64,000 nucleotides of DNA, taken from Synechococcus sp. (GTDB lineage Bacteria; Cyanobacteriota; Cyanobacteriia; PCC-6307; Cyanobiaceae). The DNA is taken from contig JBJBDC010000001.1 of NCBI GenBank assembly GCA_047285535.1, positions 1,888,136-1,952,135 on the forward strand. Reading direction: 5' to 3'. Positions 9,751 to 20,598 of this stretch are shown in pieces; the stretch's first letter is position 1, and every line of letters starts with the position of its first letter. Below the pieces are notes generated by a model that saw only the letters and a list, made by a program, of their open reading frames with translations, made no database searches and was not told the origin of the DNA. The position numbers and the translations under genes are program-made.

Positions 9751-10932
9751 ATGCTGCCAAGCTCTAACGCCGTTGCGCCTCAAGTGGCCCCTATCGCCCT
9801 CGACCATCAAGCCACCACGCCATGTCATCCGGATGTTGTGACCGCGATGTTGCCCTGGTGGAGCGAGCAGTGGGGTAATCCTTCCAGCCGGCAACACCGA
9901 CTGGGCCTGACGGCTGCAGCCGCCGTACAGCTTGCCCGCGAACAATTAAGTCATTGCCTTGGCTGCCAAGCCGATCAGCTGATCTTCACCAGCGGAGCAA
10001 CAGAAGCCAACAACATCGCCCTGCTCGGACACGCGCGTGCCATCGCCAATCAACGAGGAGGACCTGGGCATCTGATCAGCATGCTCACGGAACATCATGC
10101 CGTTCTCGACCCCCTGCAGCAGCTGCAGCGAGAAGGCTTTCGAATCACACTGCTAGCGCCGGAGCCGGATGGTCGCCTTGACCCCCAAAAGCTTGAGGCC
10201 ACGATCACTGAAGACACTCAGTTGATCAGCGTGATGTTGGCCAACAATGAAATCGGTGTCATTCAGCCACTCCCGGAGCTCGCGGCGATCTGCAGAGCCC
10301 AGGGAGTGACCCTACACAGCGATGCCGCTCAGGCCTTCGGCCACATCTCTCTGAATACTCAACAGCTTGGGGCAGATCTACTCAGCCTGAGTGCCCACAA
10401 GATGAACGGACCGAAAGGGATCGGTGCCCTGATCTGTAGCCCGGATCTATCAATACAGCCTCTGCAGTGGGGCGGTAGCCAAGAACGGGGCTTAAGACCT
10501 GGCACCCTGCCGGTGCCCCTGATCATGGGATTTGCCAAAGCGGCAGAGCTGGCAATGAAAGACCTCAACAGCCGCAGCCAGAGGCTGCGGGCCTTGCGCG
10601 ACCGGCTATGGCAAGAATTGAAAGCAAAGCACCCAGTATTGATTCTCAACGGAAGTGCCACGGCTCGACTTCCCCATAACCTCAACATCACCGTTCCTGC
10701 TGTGTCAGGAAGCAAACTGCACAAAGCACTCCGTTCCCATGTGTCCTGCAGCAGTGGATCAGCCTGCAGCAGGGGCGAACCTTCCCACGTGCTGAAGGCT
10801 TTAGGACGGAGTCATCAAGAAGCTGAAGCATCCCTGCGCCTGAGCCTGGGGCGCAACACCTCTGACAACGACATCGACAGTGCTATTCAGGCCATTAACA
10901 AAGTCATCCACGAATTGCGTCATAAAGCATGA
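9751..10932 (+). CDS. iscS: Cysteine desulfurase (IscS/NifS group I)
   Basis: LDHQATTP, FTSGATEANN, SAHKMNGPKGIG, SSGSACS. Confidence 0.9.
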   Translation: MLPSSNAVAPQVAPIALDHQATTPCHPDVVTAMLPWWSEQWGNPSSRQHRLGLTAAAAVQLAREQLSHCLGCQADQLIFTSGATEANNIALLGHARAIANQRGGPGHLISMLTEHHAVLDPLQQLQREGFRITLLAPEPDGRLDPQKLEATITEDTQLISVMLANNEIGVIQPLPELAAICRAQGVTLHSDAAQAFGHISLNTQQLGADLLSLSAHKMNGPKGIGALICSPDLSIQPLQWGGSQERGLRPGTLPVPLIMGFAKAAELAMKDLNSRSQRLRALRDRLWQELKAKHPVLILNGSATARLPHNLNITVPAVSGSKLHKALRSHVSCSSGSACSRGEPSHVLKALGRSHQEAEASLRLSLGRNTSDNDIDSAIQAINKVIHELRHKA

Positions 10933-10987
10933 AATAAATGGTATTCCTCGCTACTTTCCGCCCAAGCCTATTGATTCAACACAGGTA

Positions 10988-11758
10988 ATGAGCGAACCCA
11001 CGGGAAGCAGCCAACTGCATGTCTTGCAAGCTGTCGAGGACGGCTGGAAAGCCTTCGCCAAAGCCCCCTGGACCTTTCTCCTTTTCCAGGCACTGGTGGC
11101 AGTGATTGCCCTGCCCTTTGCCGCACTCGCAGGCCTCAGCGGTGCGCGTTTAGCAGCCGTGGAAGGGATTCCTGAAATTCACCCTGTCGGAGCAGGTTTC
11201 CTTCTGGTTGTTGGCTTGATCGGTTACATCATCGTTGTGCTTTGGGGTGTGGTCGGCCTTGTACGCGGCGCCTGGACCAGCCTGGAAGGACACAAACCCA
11301 GTTTCCGAACGTTTGCCCGTTGGGATGGCGATGCAGCTGGACGACTCTTCATCAGGGGCATTTGCTTCGCCATCGTGTTGTTCATCATCGGAGCGATCTG
11401 CTCTCTGGTCGGATTTGGTCTCGGCCAAATCAATCAAGCGCTCATCTTGATCCCGGCAATTGTCGCTCTTGTCCTCTTTATCTACCTGAGCATCAATCAA
11501 AAGTTCCTTCCTTTTGTTGCTCTGCTTGAAAAGAACGCCCCCTTTGAAGCCATTCAGCGTGGGCGAGCTGTCGTGGATCCCTCCTGGTGGATGGTGGTGT
11601 GGTTCTTCATTGTTGAAGCTGTGATCAACGCCATCGCAGCAGGCTTCCAGTACGCCGGATTGTTCGTGGTCGTTCCCTTCTTGGTTTGCATCTCAACAGC
11701 GGCCTATCGACAGTTGTTCGGCTGCGAAGACCAAACAGCCTTACTGAGCGAGAACTAA
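10988..11758 (+). CDS. Integral membrane protein
   Basis: Multiple TM helices; ATG 10988 chosen as start. Confidence 0.7.
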   Translation: MSEPTGSSQLHVLQAVEDGWKAFAKAPWTFLLFQALVAVIALPFAALAGLSGARLAAVEGIPEIHPVGAGFLLVVGLIGYIIVVLWGVVGLVRGAWTSLEGHKPSFRTFARWDGDAAGRLFIRGICFAIVLFIIGAICSLVGFGLGQINQALILIPAIVALVLFIYLSINQKFLPFVALLEKNAPFEAIQRGRAVVDPSWWMVVWFFIVEAVINAIAAGFQYAGLFVVVPFLVCISTAAYRQLFGCEDQTALLSEN

Positions 11759-12301
11759 AGAACTAAGTCCAACAAAGGCTGCTACACCAAGCAAAGCCAA
11801 CACAAGTTGGGCCAGACGACTGACAAGAAGTCCGGCCACAACAGCTAAACCAACGACAGACCCTTGGCGCAACGCCTCAAGCCACCCCAAACTCCGGGGT
11901 GGCTTTGTTGTGACCCAGGTCTCAACGACCAGTGCTCCCAGCCAGGGACCAAACAAGGCCCCAAGCAATGGTCCCCCAAAAGGGAGTGCTGGTAAAAGGC
12001 CCAATATCCCGAAGAGAAGCCCAACACCGGCCCCCAGCGCAGACCAGCGACTGGCCTTTAGACGCACCGATGCCAGACCCAAAGCCAAAAGATCGGCTGC
12101 GAGACCAAGACCAAACAACACCAAGGCCACAACAAGCTCAGGCCAGGCTTCTGCCCAACCAACAGTCATCATCCAAATCAAGGCGCCCGCCGGAAGCCAA
12201 ATCAGGCCCGGCAAAAGGGGCAACAACGTGCCAGGAATCGCCAGGACCTGCACGCACAAGGCGATCCACCACAACCAGTCTGGATTCCAATCAATCGTCA
12301 T
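11741..12301 (-). CDS. DUF456 family membrane protein
   Basis: [27 protein letters not shown]. Confidence 0.75.
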   Translation of the reverse strand: MTIDWNPDWLWWIALCVQVLAIPGTLLPLLPGLIWLPAGALIWMMTVGWAEAWPELVVALVLFGLGLAADLLALGLASVRLKASRWSALGAGVGLLFGILGLLPALPFGGPLLGALFGPWLGALVVETWVTTKPPRSLGWLEALRQGSVVGLAVVAGLLVSRLAQLVLALLGVAAFVGLSSLVLAQ

Positions 12302-13230
12302 TGTTCAGACCTCGAATCCTGAACACAACGACGAGCAATCCGCAGTTTTGCGCTGCGACTGCGCGGATTATCTGACTGCTCGTGCTCTGAGGCCATCAGC
12401 GGTTTACGCGTGAGCCGCTCCATCCGCTCATCGTGGAGAAAGGCAGTTTTCACTCTGCGATCCTCCAAGGAATGAAAACTGATAATCGCCAGCAGGCCTC
12501 CTGGCTTCAGCCACCCAGGGGCGCGCTGGAGCAATCGATCCAGCGCGCCCAGCTCATCGTTCACTGCAATTCGCAGGGCCTGAAAGGTGCGAGTAGCGGG
12601 ATGGATGCGTGCACGCCGCGCTTTGGGGGGATAACAACCAGCCACGGCATAGGCCAAAGCTGCCGTGCCGGTATAGGCCCCCTGGACTTCCAAATCAGCC
12701 TTAATCCGCCTAGCAATCCTGCGTGAAAAGCGTTCCTCGCCAAAGCTGTAAATCAAGTCAGCCAAGGCATTGACGTCCAACCGCTCAATCATCTCTGCGG
12801 CCGTTTCACCTCCAGCGGCAGGGTTCATGCGCATGTCTAGGGGACCATCCAAACGGAAACTGAATCCTCTAGACGCCACATCTAATTGAGGACTGCTCAC
12901 TCCCAGATCTGCCAACACCAGTGAAACCGGTTCGACCGGTTCAAACGCAGCAAAGTTGATCGGCACGATCTGCACACGCTCAAGAAAGGGTTCCAGCCTT
13001 GAAGCTGCCGCTGCCCTTGCCGTGGAGTCCTGATCCAGGCCGATCAAACGGATGCCAGCAAAGCGTTCCAGAATGAGTTTGCTATGCCCACCGCCTCCGA
13101 GAGTGGCATCAATGACAGCGTTGTTCTCCCATAGGACCTTGGGCTGCTGAACCAGCACCTCCATCAGCGTTTCAGCCAACACAGGCACGTGGCTGAACGC
13201 CAGATCAGATGGCTGAGAGTGATCGGACAT
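12298..13230 (-). CDS. rsmH: 16S rRNA m4C1402 methyltransferase
   Basis: [53 protein letters not shown]. Confidence 0.97.
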   Translation of the reverse strand: MSDHSQPSDLAFSHVPVLAETLMEVLVQQPKVLWENNAVIDATLGGGGHSKLILERFAGIRLIGLDQDSTARAAAASRLEPFLERVQIVPINFAAFEPVEPVSLVLADLGVSSPQLDVASRGFSFRLDGPLDMRMNPAAGGETAAEMIERLDVNALADLIYSFGEERFSRRIARRIKADLEVQGAYTGTAALAYAVAGCYPPKARRARIHPATRTFQALRIAVNDELGALDRLLQRAPGWLKPGGLLAIISFHSLEDRRVKTAFLHDERMERLTRKPLMASEHEQSDNPRSRSAKLRIARRCVQDSRSEQ

Positions 13231-13275
13231 CGGTTCTTCCTAAGATCCTGATAACGCAATGAACCTCGGCTCACC

Positions 13276-14460
13276 ATGACGCAGCTGGAAACGCGCACAG
13301 AGCCGATGGTGATCAACTTCGGTCCCCATCACCCCTCAATGCATGGAGTGCTGCGGCTCGTCGTGACTTTGGACGGTGAAGACGTTGTGGATTGCGAGCC
13401 TGTCATCGGCTATCTCCACCGCGGCATGGAGAAGATCGCCGAGAATCGCACCAACGTGATGTATGTGCCCTATGTCAGCCGCATGGACTACGCGGCCGGC
13501 ATGTTCTACGAGGCCATCGTGGTGAACGCACCAGAACGTCTGGCCGACATTCCTGTCCCCAAAAGGGCCAGCTACATCAGGGTCTTGATGCTGGAGCTCA
13601 ATCGGATCGCCAATCACCTGCTTTGGCTTGGCCCCTTCCTCGCTGATGTGGGTGCCCAAACTCCATTCTTTTACATCTTTCGTGAACGGGAGATGATTTA
13701 CGACCTATGGGAGGCAGCCACGGGTCAGCGACTGATTAACAACAATTATTTCCGTATCGGTGGTGTTGCCGCCGATCTGCCCTGGGGCTGGCTGGAAAAA
13801 TGTCGGGACTTCTGCGACTGGTTTGGTCCAAAGATCGATGAATATGAAAAATTAATCACGAATAATCCGATTTTCCGTCGCCGGATTGAAGGTCTTGGCG
13901 TTATTGGCAAAGACGAAGCGATCAACTGGAGCTTGTCAGGACCGATGTTGCGTGCCTCAGGTGTGCCATGGGATCTCCGTAAAGTGGATCACTACGAGTG
14001 CTATGACGATTTCGATTGGAATGTGGTCTTTGAAAAGGAGGGAGACTGCTTCGCCCGCTATCGCGTGCGCATCGGAGAGATGCGTCAATCGCTGAAAATC
14101 CTCCGCCAAGCCTGCGACATGATCCCCGGAGGGCCAACAGAAAATCTCGAAGCCACACGCATGACCGAGGGCAAAGACAGCTCCCTTGCTGGTTTCGACT
14201 ACCAATATGTGGCCAAAAAAGTAGCGCCGACCTTCAAGATTCCCAACGGGGAGTTGTACACCCGCCTTGAATCAGGGAAAGGGGAAATTGGAGTGTTCAT
14301 CCAAGGCAACAATGATGTCACTCCATGGCGATTCAAGATCAGGGCCGCAGACAGCAACAATCTGCAGATCCTTCCTCACATCCTCAAGGGACACAAAGTC
14401 GCCGACATCATGGCGATCTTGGGATCCATTGACGTGATCATGGGGTCCGTCGATCGCTAA
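13276..14460 (+). CDS. ndhH: NAD(P)H-quinone oxidoreductase subunit H
   Basis: [15 protein letters not shown]...GYLHRGMEK...[12 protein letters not shown]. Confidence 0.98.
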   Translation: MTQLETRTEPMVINFGPHHPSMHGVLRLVVTLDGEDVVDCEPVIGYLHRGMEKIAENRTNVMYVPYVSRMDYAAGMFYEAIVVNAPERLADIPVPKRASYIRVLMLELNRIANHLLWLGPFLADVGAQTPFFYIFREREMIYDLWEAATGQRLINNNYFRIGGVAADLPWGWLEKCRDFCDWFGPKIDEYEKLITNNPIFRRRIEGLGVIGKDEAINWSLSGPMLRASGVPWDLRKVDHYECYDDFDWNVVFEKEGDCFARYRVRIGEMRQSLKILRQACDMIPGGPTENLEATRMTEGKDSSLAGFDYQYVAKKVAPTFKIPNGELYTRLESGKGEIGVFIQGNNDVTPWRFKIRAADSNNLQILPHILKGHKVADIMAILGSIDVIMGSVDR

Positions 14461-14477
14461 ACGATCTGAACCACATT

Positions 14478-14879
14478 GTGCGCCAACTTCGCCGGTCAGG
14501 GTTCTTCATCCCAACTGCTCTGACCGCTGTTCTCTGGTTCAAAGGACGCTATCCACAAGTCCCTGGCTGGGGCTGCCCTTTTCGAGCCCTTACAGGGATT
14601 CCCGGTCCGGGGTGTTACCTGACGAGAGCAACCTCAGCCGCTCTCACCGGTGACTTTCAACTTGCCTTGGACTTCCATCTGTTTGGACCAATCGTGGCGG
14701 CAGCGTTGCTTGGATGGAGCCTCATGGCTCTTCACAAGCGACGGTTCATCCCAGTGCGTGTCGCTCTTGCACCGATGAGCATCATCACCTCAGCCTTCGT
14801 TCTGTATTGGCTGCTTCGGCTGGTGCTCAGCTATGGCTTTGGAGTCGTTGGTTCGCCAGGCTTTCCAGCAACAGGCTGA
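14478..14879 (+). CDS. DUF2752 family membrane protein
   Basis: CPFRALTGIPGPGCYLTRA. Confidence 0.8.
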   Translation: MRQLRRSGFFIPTALTAVLWFKGRYPQVPGWGCPFRALTGIPGPGCYLTRATSAALTGDFQLALDFHLFGPIVAAALLGWSLMALHKRRFIPVRVALAPMSIITSAFVLYWLLRLVLSYGFGVVGSPGFPATG

Positions 14880-14918
14880 GCCCATCCACTGCGCTTCTCC
14901 GTCGCCGTTCCCATCACC

Positions 14919-15377
14919 GTGCCATCCTCCGACCACTGGCTTCAGCTCCAACGAAACGTCCGCTTTGGGGAGACCGATGCCGCCGGCGTCATGCATTTTT
15001 ACCAGCTATTTCGCTGGTGCCACGAAGCCTGGGAAGAGAGCCTCGCGCGTTATGGCATCGCCGCGGCCGCCATCTTCCCAGGCTGTCGAGATCTCTGTCA
15101 GATGCCAACCGTGGCCCTACCAGTGGTGCATTGCGAAGCCGATTTCCAACGGCCAGTGCATGGCGGCGATGACCTGCGGATCCTTCTAGAACCGCAACGG
15201 CTCAACCCGGGCTGTTTCGAGGTGAAGTACCGCTTTCAGCTTGAGGGTATGGATGTTGCTCGTGGTCTGATTCGGCACCTAGCCATCGAGTCTGAAAGTC
15301 GCAAAAGGTGCGCCTTACCGGAACCCATCGATCTCTGGCTGGAAGCTTCAACCGTAGGGAGACTCGAAGCGATCTAA
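14919..15377 (+). CDS. 1,4-dihydroxy-2-naphthoyl-CoA thioesterase (hotdog fold)
   Basis: VRFGETDAAGVMHF; located in the men cluster. Confidence 0.85.
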   Translation: MPSSDHWLQLQRNVRFGETDAAGVMHFYQLFRWCHEAWEESLARYGIAAAAIFPGCRDLCQMPTVALPVVHCEADFQRPVHGGDDLRILLEPQRLNPGCFEVKYRFQLEGMDVARGLIRHLAIESESRKRCALPEPIDLWLEASTVGRLEAI

Positions 15378-15571
15378 TCGCAACGTCGTTGCGAAGACAC
15401 AACAGTGATCGCCCACACCAATCCAGCAACCTGGAGCGGCAGCATGCAAGCCGCAATCACCAAAGGGTGAAAGCCGTGATGCGCATGAGTGGATAAGGCT
15501 GTTCCACTGACGCCAGCTGCCATCGCGAGCAGCAAGGTGGTCGCTGATGGCCAAACACGGGGCATTGCCAT
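15374..15571 (-). CDS. Small membrane hypothetical protein
   Basis: Two hydrophobic segments; start overlaps the TM2 gene stop. Confidence 0.5.
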   Translation of the reverse strand: MAMPRVWPSATTLLLAMAAGVSGTALSTHAHHGFHPLVIAACMLPLQVAGLVWAITVVSSQRRCD

Positions 15572-15849
15572 CAGAACCAAGCCTTTTGCTGCTCGAGATA
15601 CATCTCCCGGAATTCGTCTGTGGATTTCGTGAGATAGATGATGCCTTCAATCATTCCAATGACTGACATCACACCAGTCGCGATCCCACAGGTCACAACA
15701 CCACCCGCCAAACTCACCACCAACATGATGATTCCGGCGTTGTTGTACCCCAACACAAACTTGTGAATTCCGAATGAGCCCAAAAAAATGCCCAACAGAC
15801 CTGCTGCCAGCTTTTTGTTGCTGATTTCAGTTTCCGACAGCACGGTCAT
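15571..15849 (-). CDS. TM2-domain protein
   Basis: KKLAAGLLGIFLGSFGIHKFVLG. Confidence 0.85.
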   Translation of the reverse strand: MTVLSETEISNKKLAAGLLGIFLGSFGIHKFVLGYNNAGIIMLVVSLAGGVVTCGIATGVMSVIGMIEGIIYLTKSTDEFREMYLEQQKAWF

Positions 15850-15853
15850 GGAC

Positions 15854-17137
15854 CTAGCGCAGACGACTTGATTCTTGCGACTCCAACCATGCCTGCCAAC
15901 GGCCCCGTTCCCATTTGCCCTCCAACGAAGGTTCAAGAACCGCGCATTCGAGCCATTGCATCGGCTGCTCGGCTGGAAGCCAGCCTGAGGTCATCGAGCG
16001 CAGGGAGGCGTGCAGCGAAGCCCAGCCCACGGACTCGATCCAGCCATCACGGCAACGCACCAACGCCACCAAACGCTGCCCCCATTCCTGACTGGCAACC
16101 GGCAGCAGCAGCACCGCTTCCAACGGCAGTCCCTGCTCCTGGGCTTGATGCAGCAGGCGTTGGCTGAGCTGCTCAGGAAACACCGTTTCACCTCCGGAAT
16201 GGATGGCACCATCGATCCGGCCTTGTATCTGCACTTTTAGAGCCCCATCTCCTGCGGTGATCAAAGCGGCAGCATCTCCGCTGCACCACCAACCCTCGGA
16301 ATCCACAAGAGGGTCCAGCCGCCCATCAAGCCAGCGCGCGAGCGCCAAACGCCGCGTCTTCACCCTCAACACACCATCCCGATCCAGGCGCAGCTCCACA
16401 TCATCGAGAGGTACACCACATCCCAGCTCCCCCTGAAGAAAACGATCGGGCGCCTGCGCCACCACCATCGCAGCTGTTTCCGTAGATCCATAACAAGGAG
16501 CAAGGCGAATCCCCAACTCGCGAGCACGCTCAGCCAGGGGGGCAGGAAGCCCGGCTCCTCCCACCCAAACCAGCGCCAAATGCCGCAACCACGACACCCC
16601 CTCAGGGTGATCCAGCAACCGTTTGAGCTGTGTGGGCACTAAAGACACCACAGCCGGTTTCTGGCCCCAACGTGGTAAGTCCAAACAGGTTGCCAGCAAG
16701 GACGGCGGATTTTTCATCAATGGCGGAGGAAGCGACACGTGCTGCGCGCCCCAAAGGCGACCGCGCCACCAGGGCATCAGGCCACTGATGTGATGAAGCG
16801 GCAGGGGGTTGAGCAAGATCAACCCCTCGGGGCTGAGCCCAATCCCCTCCAGCCACCGACCACACGCTGCAGCAGAGCGATCCAAGTGGGTCCAGGGCTG
16901 GAGGCACAAGCTGCGCCCCCCCTGGCTGCCACCACTGGCTAACACCACACCACCACCGAGCGGCCAATCAAAGGCAGAGCTTGAAGGGTCGTCATCGGCT
17001 TGACCCCCACCAGCCTGAACCGCTTGTAGGTGCACCCAAGCCCCCGCCTCCACCGCTTGCTGCAAGGCAGCGAAGGTCTCGCTGGCTCCCCCGGGCTGCA
17101 CCACCAATGGCACCAGTGCCTGGACGTCGGCGCTCAC
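15854..17137 (-). CDS. menE: O-succinylbenzoate-CoA ligase
   Basis: AMP-binding motifs SGGSQG, YGSTET, GRIDGAIHSGGETVFP; men cluster. Confidence 0.88.
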   Translation of the reverse strand: MSADVQALVPLVVQPGGASETFAALQQAVEAGAWVHLQAVQAGGGQADDDPSSSAFDWPLGGGVVLASGGSQGGRSLCLQPWTHLDRSAAACGRWLEGIGLSPEGLILLNPLPLHHISGLMPWWRGRLWGAQHVSLPPPLMKNPPSLLATCLDLPRWGQKPAVVSLVPTQLKRLLDHPEGVSWLRHLALVWVGGAGLPAPLAERARELGIRLAPCYGSTETAAMVVAQAPDRFLQGELGCGVPLDDVELRLDRDGVLRVKTRRLALARWLDGRLDPLVDSEGWWCSGDAAALITAGDGALKVQIQGRIDGAIHSGGETVFPEQLSQRLLHQAQEQGLPLEAVLLLPVASQEWGQRLVALVRCRDGWIESVGWASLHASLRSMTSGWLPAEQPMQWLECAVLEPSLEGKWERGRWQAWLESQESSRLR

Positions 17138-18144
17138 CCGCTCACCTCAGCTGCGGCCCAGACCTCTGCCGGATCGGAACTGAACAACGGACCCTCCGGA
17201 CACCAACCGGGAGCCAGCCCAGGGGACGCTGGCGTTGGCCCTTGGGCCTGCAGGGCCGCCAGGTGAGACAACCAGCGACCCCCAATACCGGTTTCAAAGG
17301 CCGTGCTCAGCATCAAGCGAGGCACACCACGAGATAGCTTCCGCAGAAGGGGCCTTGGATCTCCCTCCAAAAGCGGACGACGGACCTGCCAGCTCTGCCA
17401 CTGATCACGCCAGGCGGGATAAGCCTGCAGGGACTCATCAAGAGCCACCGGCACCACCGCAGCAATGGCCTTCAGGCCCTCCAGATCAGACGCAGCAAGC
17501 GGTTGCTCGAACCACTCGAGGCGTGGGTCCTCACGCAGCCTCTCCACCCAGCGCCAGGCCTGGGGGCGGTCCCAGCCAGCATTGGCATCGAGCCGCAACC
17601 GTGCTGAAGCAGGAAGTTGGTCAAGCAAAACCTTGAGCAGCCACCACTCCTCCTCGGGGTCGCATGCCGCCACCTTCCATTTAAGCGTGAACGGCAGGCT
17701 GAAAGGAACGTTGGAAGCAACCCTAGAAGGAACACAGGCCAGAAGGCGATCGAGTGCATCCAGCATCCTTTCTCCTGCAGGCAATAAATGAGCCGACGCT
17801 GGGGCCTGGAGCCATCCGCCGCAGGAGGCACTCCCCAACTCTCCGGCGAGCTCCGCCAAGGCCGCACCAATTGCAAAGGCCAACGCTGCCGGTACCTTCC
17901 CCAGCAACCGTTCAAGGCTGAAGGCATTCCAGAGAGCCCCAGGCTCCATCATCCGAACCAGGGCAGCCTGGCAGGCCTCAAACTGCTCAGCCGTCAGTGG
18001 CGACACCTCACCCCATCCGAGATGACCGGCCGGATCCTGCAATCTCAACAACCAGCCACGGCGCTGCTGCAGCACCCCGGCGGCGGTCTGCAGTGGTCGC
18101 GTGAGGTGGAACGCATAGGGCTTGATCTTGAGGCAGAGATCCAT
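17134..18144 (-). CDS. menC: O-succinylbenzoate synthase
   Basis: Enolase superfamily motifs GWGEVSPL, KWKV, RLDANAGW, EQPL, ALDESL. Confidence 0.9.
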   Translation of the reverse strand: MDLCLKIKPYAFHLTRPLQTAAGVLQQRRGWLLRLQDPAGHLGWGEVSPLTAEQFEACQAALVRMMEPGALWNAFSLERLLGKVPAALAFAIGAALAELAGELGSASCGGWLQAPASAHLLPAGERMLDALDRLLACVPSRVASNVPFSLPFTLKWKVAACDPEEEWWLLKVLLDQLPASARLRLDANAGWDRPQAWRWVERLREDPRLEWFEQPLAASDLEGLKAIAAVVPVALDESLQAYPAWRDQWQSWQVRRPLLEGDPRPLLRKLSRGVPRLMLSTAFETGIGGRWLSHLAALQAQGPTPASPGLAPGWCPEGPLFSSDPAEVWAAAEVSG

Positions 18145-18149
18145 GCGTT

Positions 18150-19094
18150 TCAGCTCAATACGGACCCAAGCGCCAATCCAGCACTTAAACCAAGACCGTT
18201 TAAAGCCTGAAAACGAAGCGCCAAAAATTTGCTCCCGGCAATTCGATCCGGTTCAGCGTGGTGATCGCGCAGCAAACGAATCAACGTTGATGCAGCCGGT
18301 AGTCCAATCACGCTGAACAAGGCTGTCAGCGGCCAATCCCCATGCAGCACAGGCACCCATTCCAATGCAAGGGTGCCGGCCACAAACCAAGGCACCATGG
18401 CCGCAGCTTTAGCCGTACCCATCCGCACCACAGGGGAGATTTTTCCGTGGGCCGCATCCTCCTCCACCTGATGAAAATGAGAGCAGAACAACACCAGAGA
18501 CGTGGCAATTGCTGGGCCTGAGCCAAGCATCAGGGCGAGCTGCCAAGGCACAACAGTTTGATGAGCAGGAGCCAACACCAGCAACGCCGCTGCGGTAGCA
18601 AACGGCCCAAACGCCAGCCAGCAAAGAGGCTCCCCCAATCCCCGATATCCCAAGCGGAAGGGTGGACCTTGATACAGGTATCCCAGCCCACAACTCACGA
18701 GCACCAGAGGAAGCACAGCGAACGAACTGCGCAACGCGAGCGTCAACATCAAGGCCAGGCCTAAAAACAACGCAAGACAGGCCCAACGACTGACAGACCG
18801 GCGTTGACCCACCAGCGTCACGATCGAATGCGGTTTGCCGGCCTTATCAACACCTGTTTCTGCGTCAAACACGTCATTGCTGAGGTTCTCCCAAAGAAGA
18901 AGCAGCACCGCCGCGAGCAAAAACCCCAAGAAATGATCCCAACGCACCGAGGCCTGGACACCTTGTCGCCAACCGGCAGCTAACACCACAGGCATCACGG
19001 CAACCGAATACATCCGCCACTTGATTGCGGCCTTCCAGAGGCGTTGACGATCGGACATGGCGTAACGGGTTGCGACAGCCTGGGGATCTGGCAT
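18150..19094 (-). CDS. menA: DHNA phytyltransferase
   Basis: NLSNDVFDAETGVD, YQGPPFRLGYRGLGE. Confidence 0.92.
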   Translation of the reverse strand: MPDPQAVATRYAMSDRQRLWKAAIKWRMYSVAVMPVVLAAGWRQGVQASVRWDHFLGFLLAAVLLLLWENLSNDVFDAETGVDKAGKPHSIVTLVGQRRSVSRWACLALFLGLALMLTLALRSSFAVLPLVLVSCGLGYLYQGPPFRLGYRGLGEPLCWLAFGPFATAAALLVLAPAHQTVVPWQLALMLGSGPAIATSLVLFCSHFHQVEEDAAHGKISPVVRMGTAKAAAMVPWFVAGTLALEWVPVLHGDWPLTALFSVIGLPAASTLIRLLRDHHAEPDRIAGSKFLALRFQALNGLGLSAGLALGSVLS

Positions 19095-19143
19095 GGGCTG
19101 GATCCAGACACACCGCGACAGGGCTCATACATTTGAGCAGGAC

Positions 19144-20598
19144 GCTGCACGGATTCGCCTGCGCATGACAGCCGCTTTCAAACAACCAACGGCTGCTCAA
19201 TCTTTCGGCACTCTGCTCGACAGGGCTCAACGCGCCTGGAATCAGCGTGCAGTCGAGGAGGGCACCTTCAGCATCGCCCTGCCGATTGCCCCTCAGGATC
19301 CTCTGAAGCAGTTGCCATGTCTGGCGGTCGACAGCTCTTTTCGTTTTTTATGGGACAGCGCTCCAGGCCTCTGCCTCGCTGCGGCCGGTCAATGCCAACA
19401 CCTTGAGCTAGCAGGGCCACGGCGATTTGAGCTTGCTCAACGGTTCAGCGACACCACCCTGCAACGCTTGATCGATGCCAGCCCTGAAGCACCGTGCCAG
19501 GCCCGTTCACGGGTCCTGCTGGCCTTCAGCTTCTTTGAACAAAGCAAGGAACAGCAGGGAAATCTTGACACCGTTCCCTGCTTGCAGGCGCTGCTCCCAC
19601 GCTGGCAATTGAGTCGGCACGGCTATCAGAGCTGGTTGCGACTCCATGGCCATGCCTCCGATGCAGCCGATGTGCGTGCCCTCACCGAAACGCTTTGGCA
19701 GATGACCGAGGCGCTCAATGCAATCTCAACTCTTGACCACCCTGCGGATGCAACGATTCTGGGAACGCCTGTGGGCTGCTGGGAAGAGCGCTACCAACCA
19801 GCCCTCGAGCAAGGGCTGAAATTAGTGAACGATGGAGCGCTGCACAAACTGGTGCTGGCAGTGCGTCAGTCGATCGAACTCACCACACCTCTCTCTCCCT
19901 TACCTCTGTTGCGGCGGCTGCGGCATCAGCAGACGGGCAGCTGCCGTTTCCTCTGGCAACGAGGAAGCAACGATGCTTTTTTTGGGGCCTCTCCTGAGCG
20001 TCTGCTCAGCATGCGTAACGGGCGCTTGCGCAGTGATGCCCTGGCCGGGACTGCAGGACGAGGGGAAGGCGGCGACACTCTGATGAAATCGCGCAAGGAC
20101 CGTCATGAGCATGAACTGGTGGTCAAGGCGATTAGCGACAGCCTTGGCGAAAAGGGACTCACCCCCCAAAGGCCTCGGCGTCCCCAGCTGGCACGACATG
20201 GCCATCTGATCCACCTGCATACCCCTATTTGTGCCGATGCCACAGGGCATCAAGCCCTTGCACTCGCAGCAGCACTCCATCCAACTCCTGCAGTCGCAGG
20301 CCTGCCGCGACGCGAGGCCATGCATTGGCTGCAAACGCTTGAACCGTTCGAAAGAGGTGGTTATGCAGCGCCCATCGGTTGGATCGACCAAGCAGGAGAT
20401 GCGGAATTGCGGGTTGCAATCCGCTGCGGACACCTGCGTGGACACCAACTCGAGCTCACCGCCGGTGCAGGGTTGGTACAAGGATCGATTGCGGATCGAG
20501 AACTCCAGGAGGTCAGTCAAAAACTGGCCGTACTCGCCGACCAGCTTGATCTGTACTCAGGGAGCCTGAAGCGAGCGCAATCTCCACTCCATCGATGA
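19144..20598 (+). CDS. menF: Isochorismate synthase
   Basis: GASPERL, ALAGT, KDRHEH, LHPTPAVAG, ERGGYAAPIGW, AGAGLV. Confidence 0.92.
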   Translation, partial: AARIRLRMTAAFKQPTAAQSFGTLLDRAQRAWNQRAVEEGTFSIALPIAPQDPLKQLPCLAVDSSFRFLWDSAPGLCLAAAGQCQHLELAGPRRFELAQRFSDTTLQRLIDASPEAPCQARSRVLLAFSFFEQSKEQQGNLDTVPCLQALLPRWQLSRHGYQSWLRLHGHASDAADVRALTETLWQMTEALNAISTLDHPADATILGTPVGCWEERYQPALEQGLKLVNDGALHKLVLAVRQSIELTTPLSPLPLLRRLRHQQTGSCRFLWQRGSNDAFFGASPERLLSMRNGRLRSDALAGTAGRGEGGDTLMKSRKDRHEHELVVKAISDSLGEKGLTPQRPRRPQLARHGHLIHLHTPICADATGHQALALAAALHPTPAVAGLPRREAMHWLQTLEPFERGGYAAPIGWIDQAGDAELRVAIRCGHLRGHQLELTAGAGLVQGSIADRELQEVSQKLAVLADQLDLYSGSLKRAQSPLHR